Below are positions 59,266 through 64,000 of a stretch of 64,000 nt of DNA, one piece after another. Made by a program: the position numbers and the translations under genes. A model generated the notes under the pieces. It saw only the letters and a list, made by a program, of their open reading frames with translations, did not search any database and was not told the origin of the DNA. Numbering within the stretch: the first letter of the stretch is position 1; every line of letters begins with the position of its first letter. Source of the stretch: Candidatus Babeliales bacterium (lineage in GTDB: Bacteria; Babelota; Babeliae; Babelales; JANWKD01); NCBI GenBank assembly GCA_963701665.1, contig OY969622.1, positions 192,001 through 256,000 on the forward strand, in the 5' to 3' direction.

Positions 59266-61008
59266 ATGAATAAGAATATACTTTTTTTAATTATTTTAAG
59301 TTGCTTTACCGGTTTATTTGCTATGGAAGAGCGCCAACCATCGCATGGACAAGGAGTCGATTTATATCTACTTTTAAGAGTTAACAATGATGCTACGACC
59401 CAGGATATAGATACGGCTTACAAAGCACTTGAACATCGAGAAATAATGTCAGGATTTAAAACTGTAGATTATTTTTTCAATGTTGTTCGAGCTTATAAAA
59501 TTTTATCTAATGATAAGTTGAGAAATATCTATGATAACCGTGGCCCTAGCGCTGCAGATGTTGCTTTATATGCTACAGGATATCCGCACGCAACCGATTT
59601 GGCTGTTCGAACTAGAATAGCGAAGGATCAAGATGATCTTAGATCAAAAGACGGTAATGCGTTGCTGAAGCTTATAAAAGAAGTAAATGCTTACTATCGA
59701 GGACACTTGTTTATGGGGACCGCCAAGTTATGTGATACATTGCGTGATTGTATAGCACAAAATTACTATAATCTTGCACATGGTTTATTCTGTAATGTTA
59801 GATATAATCATGATGCAGTGCTAGAGTACATCAAGCAAGGGTTGAATTTTGCATTACCTGAGAGTCCTGCTTCTAATGCCTTAAAAGCTTTCGCCAATAA
59901 GTTACAAAAGCCAACAGAGTCTAAAACAAAGTCGCCGAGAGTTGATCTTCAACAATGGCATCCATCTACAAATATTCAACAAGAAGCGGCTCTTGATCTT
60001 CTAGATGATACTAATGCAAAAATTTTAAATGTAGTAGAAGATAGAGAAGCTTTCGAAACGCCAAAAGTGTTTTGTAAAAAAATATACGAATACTTAGATG
60101 CATACGCGAACTATACTATGCCAGCTTCATTGGAAAAGGATCGGAATTTTTCAAGTAAGCGTCATCTATGCAGTGCATTAACACATAGCGCAGCTGAAAA
60201 ATTACTTGGAATGTCAAAAGACACCATTTGGCATATCTATGGATTACAGCATGCAAAAATATTATGCCAAAAGGCATCAGATCATACTTTGCGTTTACCA
60301 AATATCAAACGGTATAGAAATACAAAGCAAACTATAGAAAGTAGTATTGTAACCATACAAGGATCTTTAGATGCTTGGTATACGCAAGGTACTTGTCTAG
60401 TTAATTTCTTTATAAGCCCTGAAATACCGCTAGATCTTTGTAAAGATGTATGGGCAACTATGATCAATGATATTGCAAGATTTAGTGTTGAAACACAAGA
60501 TGTAATGCTCGATTGTACCTATCAATTGGCACGACGATGTTTGAATGAACATTATTATGATGAAATTATAGATATAAATTTAAAAGTCTTGGCAAATCAG
60601 TATATACAATCTAGGGCTGATTTTGTTGCTCAATATCGAGAACTTATCGATAGTGCGCTCAATAACCTTGAACAACAATGCAGTACATTTTTCAAAGCGT
60701 TCCATGGTGAATTTCTCATGAGGTATGACAACAAGGATTCATCGGAAGCTTTAGCAGACATTATTCAAAATTATTTTACAATGCAATATATGCCATCACA
60801 ATCCATTGAAACAATGTTTGGTGATATCTTTTTACTATATACACGGCGGCTTGAACCCGAAAAAAAATGGGATAAAATGTACGAGTTAGCATGGCGCTGC
60901 TTAACTTTTAATAGATGGCCTGCGCATATTCAGAAACATGAACTTTTTACAACCATGCGCAAATTTATTACTAACTATGAAGATCTAAAAGCCAAAGGGC
61001 TTATGTAA
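59266..61008 (+). CDS. Exported protein with degenerate J-domain
   Basis: LY.LL.V..DAT..DI..AY...AYKILSN..LR.IYD, no HPD. Confidence 0.8.
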   Translation: MNKNILFLIILSCFTGLFAMEERQPSHGQGVDLYLLLRVNNDATTQDIDTAYKALEHREIMSGFKTVDYFFNVVRAYKILSNDKLRNIYDNRGPSAADVALYATGYPHATDLAVRTRIAKDQDDLRSKDGNALLKLIKEVNAYYRGHLFMGTAKLCDTLRDCIAQNYYNLAHGLFCNVRYNHDAVLEYIKQGLNFALPESPASNALKAFANKLQKPTESKTKSPRVDLQQWHPSTNIQQEAALDLLDDTNAKILNVVEDREAFETPKVFCKKIYEYLDAYANYTMPASLEKDRNFSSKRHLCSALTHSAAEKLLGMSKDTIWHIYGLQHAKILCQKASDHTLRLPNIKRYRNTKQTIESSIVTIQGSLDAWYTQGTCLVNFFISPEIPLDLCKDVWATMINDIARFSVETQDVMLDCTYQLARRCLNEHYYDEIIDINLKVLANQYIQSRADFVAQYRELIDSALNNLEQQCSTFFKAFHGEFLMRYDNKDSSEALADIIQNYFTMQYMPSQSIETMFGDIFLLYTRRLEPEKKWDKMYELAWRCLTFNRWPAHIQKHELFTTMRKFITNYEDLKAKGLM

Positions 61009-62941
61009 GCATCGGCTTTAATAGTTAGGGACGAAATTTTAAAATTTATGGAGGGGATAAAAAAATGACTATTTCAATAAAGAACATTATTTTTTTAGGT
61101 ATTTTGAGTATTTCATGCGGTATGCCATTGTTTGGTATGGAAGAACGCCGACCATTGCCTGCACAAGAAGTTAGTTTATATACACTATTAAAACTCGATA
61201 ATAATGCGACTGAAGAGCAAATAAAAACTGCATTTACAAATCTTCAAAATGCCCAAATAGAATCGGGCTTTAAAGATGAGGAGAATTTCTTTAGTGTTGC
61301 ACTTGCGTATAAAATTTTATCAAATAATGAGCTGAGAGAATGCTATGATAACTATGGTTATATCGTAGCCTATAATGATTTACGCATGAAAGGATATTCA
61401 CAGAAAGTTGATTTGGAGGTTAAGGCCAAAATAGAAGAATATCAAAATGTACTTCAGAAATCATTGATGAGCATGGATACTTTAACAATACAAATTGATA
61501 CAAAAAAAGTAAATGATTTCTACCAAGCAAATTTGTTTAAGGGCACCCCTGAACTATGTGATACATTGCGCGATTATATAGCACAAAATTACTATAATCT
61601 GGCGCGTGGTTTATATGCTGTTAAATATAAGCGTAATCAAGTGTTAGAATACATTAAGCAAGGATTGAATTTTGCATTAGCTGAGAGTTATTTTTCTAAT
61701 GAATTAAAAGCTCTTCAAAATGAGTTGCAAAATCAAACAAAGTCTCAAACAGAGTTATCACCAGTTGGGTTTCAATGGCACCAATCTCGAGAATCCAAAG
61801 CTTATGTAGATAATCAACGAGAAATAGTTCTTAATTTTCTAAATGATACTAATGCAAAAGTTTTAAATGCATTAAAAGATAAAGAAGCTTTCGAAACGCC
61901 AACAACGTTTTGTAAAAAAATATATGAATACTTAGATGCATTAGCGAACTATGATGTGCAAGTGGATTTAAAAAATGATCTTGTTTTTTTACGTAAGCGC
62001 TATATGTGCGGTGAATTTACCTATAAAGCAGCCGAAAAATTACGTAAAATGTCACAAGGCACCATCTGGTATAGCTATGGATTACAGCATAGAAAAATAT
62101 TATGCCAAAAGGCATTAGGTCATATTTTGTGTTTACAAAATCTCAATAAATATAGAAATACAAAGCGTAGTATAGAAAGCGATATTGTAAAGATACAAGG
62201 ACTTTTAGATTCATGGTATACGCAGGGTGGCTGTTTGCTTGATTTCTTTATAAATCCTGAAATACCGCTAAATCTTTGTAAAGATGTATGGGCAACTATG
62301 ATCGATGATATTGGAAGATTTAGCGTTGAAACACAAGATGTAATGCTCGATTGTACCTATCAATTGACACGACGATGTTCGAGTGAGCATTATTATGATG
62401 AAATTATAGATATAAGTTCAAAAGCCTTGGCAAATCAGTATATACAATCTAGGGTTGATTTTGTTGCTCGATATAAACACCTTATCGATAGTATATTCAA
62501 TGAAGTCTTTGATACGTGCCGCCGTGGATTGCGCACAAAGCATGAAAACAAAGTTTCAGCTGAGACTTTGGCTGACCATATTATTCAAAATTATTTTACA
62601 ATCCAACATATGTCATCACAATCTATCAAAACAATGTTTGAGGATATTCTTTTAATATATACGCAGCGGCTTGAACCTGAAATGAAATGGGATAAAATGT
62701 ATGAATTAGCAAAAAGCTGCTTAACTTTTGATAAGTGGCCTCAACACATTCAGATACATAGACTTTTTATAACGATGCGTACGTTTAAGGCTCGGTATGA
62801 AACGTTAAAAGCTCGAGGGCGTATATAAGCATCGGCTTTAATAGTTAGGGACGAAATTTTAAAATTTATGAGGGGGATAAAAAAAATGACTATTTCAATA
62901 AAGAACATTATTTTTTTAGGTATTTTAAGTATTTCATGCGG
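61006..62941 (+). repeat. ~115-bp direct repeats at 61006-61120 and 62826-62941
   Basis: Near-identical intergenic region plus signal-peptide coding sequence. Confidence 0.9.
61065..62828 (+). CDS. Exported protein with degenerate J-domain, close paralog of previous gene
   Basis: Same J-like pattern; long near-identical central block. Confidence 0.8.
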   Translation: MTISIKNIIFLGILSISCGMPLFGMEERRPLPAQEVSLYTLLKLDNNATEEQIKTAFTNLQNAQIESGFKDEENFFSVALAYKILSNNELRECYDNYGYIVAYNDLRMKGYSQKVDLEVKAKIEEYQNVLQKSLMSMDTLTIQIDTKKVNDFYQANLFKGTPELCDTLRDYIAQNYYNLARGLYAVKYKRNQVLEYIKQGLNFALAESYFSNELKALQNELQNQTKSQTELSPVGFQWHQSRESKAYVDNQREIVLNFLNDTNAKVLNALKDKEAFETPTTFCKKIYEYLDALANYDVQVDLKNDLVFLRKRYMCGEFTYKAAEKLRKMSQGTIWYSYGLQHRKILCQKALGHILCLQNLNKYRNTKRSIESDIVKIQGLLDSWYTQGGCLLDFFINPEIPLNLCKDVWATMIDDIGRFSVETQDVMLDCTYQLTRRCSSEHYYDEIIDISSKALANQYIQSRVDFVARYKHLIDSIFNEVFDTCRRGLRTKHENKVSAETLADHIIQNYFTIQHMSSQSIKTMFEDILLIYTQRLEPEMKWDKMYELAKSCLTFDKWPQHIQIHRLFITMRTFKARYETLKARGRI

Positions 62942-64000
62942 CATATCATTATTTGGTATGGAAGAACGCCGGCCGACGGAAGCGGTTAGTTTATATGAAT
63001 ATTTAAGCGTTAAGAATGATGCTACTGCTCAGGATCTGGATATGGCTTACAAAGCACTTGAAGATGAGGAAATAAGATCGGGATTTAAAACTTTGGATTA
63101 TTTTTTCGACGCTGTTCAAGCTTATAAAATTTTATCGGATAATGAGCTGAAACAAGTATATGATCAGCATGGCTATGCATCAGCATATAATCAATTGATC
63201 CTTAAAGGCTATCCTCAAAAAATTGATGAGGATGTGCAGAGCCGGATGAAAAAATATCAATATGAACTTAAAAATAATCCGAAAGATACAGTTTCCTTTC
63301 AAGATAGTACAAAAAAGGTGAATGCATACTATCAAGCACAATTGTTTATGGGCACTCGAGCCTTATGCAATGAACTGCGCAGAGTTATAGCGCAAAACTG
63401 CTATGATCTTGCGCGTTTTCTTTATGGTATTCAATTGTGTAGACACATACGTGCCTACGAAGTACAGCAAGGCATTCAAATATGCGCCTATATTGACGAA
63501 GGATTACGTTTTGCTCTATCCGATAGCCCTCTTGTGCGTGAGTTAGCAAGTTTAAGAAAAAAAATTACTGATCGGGCAGAACAAAGCATGAAAAAGATCG
63601 AAGATGGGAAGGGTATATTGGTTATACCAAGAAAAAACTTTTATATCTATGAATCTTCTGAAATCAAAAAACGTAAAATAAAGGAAAAGGATGATACAAA
63701 AAAAGTTGCTCGTAAACAGAAACAGAGCAAATCTCCACGGCTTGAAAAAGTAGATGATGAACAAAAAAATAAAGCAAAAACATCATTCTCAGATAAACTA
63801 AAAATAATGGGATTATTGGAAAATAACAATAAAAATCTTGCTTATATTCTAGAAAATATGCCCCCTGCGTGGACACCTAAGATGCTTTTTGAAAAAATAT
63901 GTGAAGTTTCGGAGCGACGCGATAATAATGATGATACAATGAATTTATTGCAACATGATCCTGATATTGTACGTGCCCGTTTTATAGGTGGCCAGTTACT
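62886..64000 (+). CDS. Fifth exported J-like protein, truncated by window end
   Basis: MTISIKNIIFLGILSISCGISLFGMEERRPTEAVSLYEYLSVKNDATAQDLDMAYKAL...AYKILSD. Confidence 0.8.
   Translation, partial: MTISIKNIIFLGILSISCGISLFGMEERRPTEAVSLYEYLSVKNDATAQDLDMAYKALEDEEIRSGFKTLDYFFDAVQAYKILSDNELKQVYDQHGYASAYNQLILKGYPQKIDEDVQSRMKKYQYELKNNPKDTVSFQDSTKKVNAYYQAQLFMGTRALCNELRRVIAQNCYDLARFLYGIQLCRHIRAYEVQQGIQICAYIDEGLRFALSDSPLVRELASLRKKITDRAEQSMKKIEDGKGILVIPRKNFYIYESSEIKKRKIKEKDDTKKVARKQKQSKSPRLEKVDDEQKNKAKTSFSDKLKIMGLLENNNKNLAYILENMPPAWTPKMLFEKICEVSERRDNNDDTMNLLQHDPDIVRARFIGGQL

Noticed and set aside
3196..63876. Numerous short antisense or overlapping ORFs in the track
   Set aside because: Shadows of longer motif-bearing genes
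1..64000. CRISPR array or cas genes
   Set aside because: No regularly spaced direct repeats and no Cas-like ORFs seen

Overview
AT-rich bacterial chromosomal window. Its gene style (many signal-peptide orphan proteins, WD40 and J-domain proteins, tandem paralog arrays, scattered housekeeping genes) suggests an intracellular bacterium of protists such as Babelota/Dependentiae (TM6); this taxonomy is inferred. Recognisable genes: mutL, prmC, ftsY, rnhB plus a second divergent archaeal-like RNase HII, Fpg/Nei glycosylase, cfa, mgtE, RluA-family synthase, ftsL-like/ftsI, class I aldolase, a pLGIC-like channel, tRNA-Glu and tRNA-Lys. Main observations: (1) A complete IS110 element (6286-7484) is inserted at a CT core inside a palindromic REP-like repeat. 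Its non-coding end contains a readable bridge RNA whose four guides match the actual target and donor junctions, and circularisation would create a junction promoter. (2) A ~4.3 kb serine-recombinase island sits at the tRNA-Glu 3' end and carries a toxin-antitoxin locus and IS5; excision would give the recombinase a new 33-aa C-terminus. (3) A tandem array of at least five secreted J-domain proteins runs off the right edge. (4) A candidate host-targeting code appears in the secreted orphans: Met right after the signal peptide in about 21 proteins and C-terminal KxKxx in six. All functional calls come from motif recognition by eye; no database searches were run.
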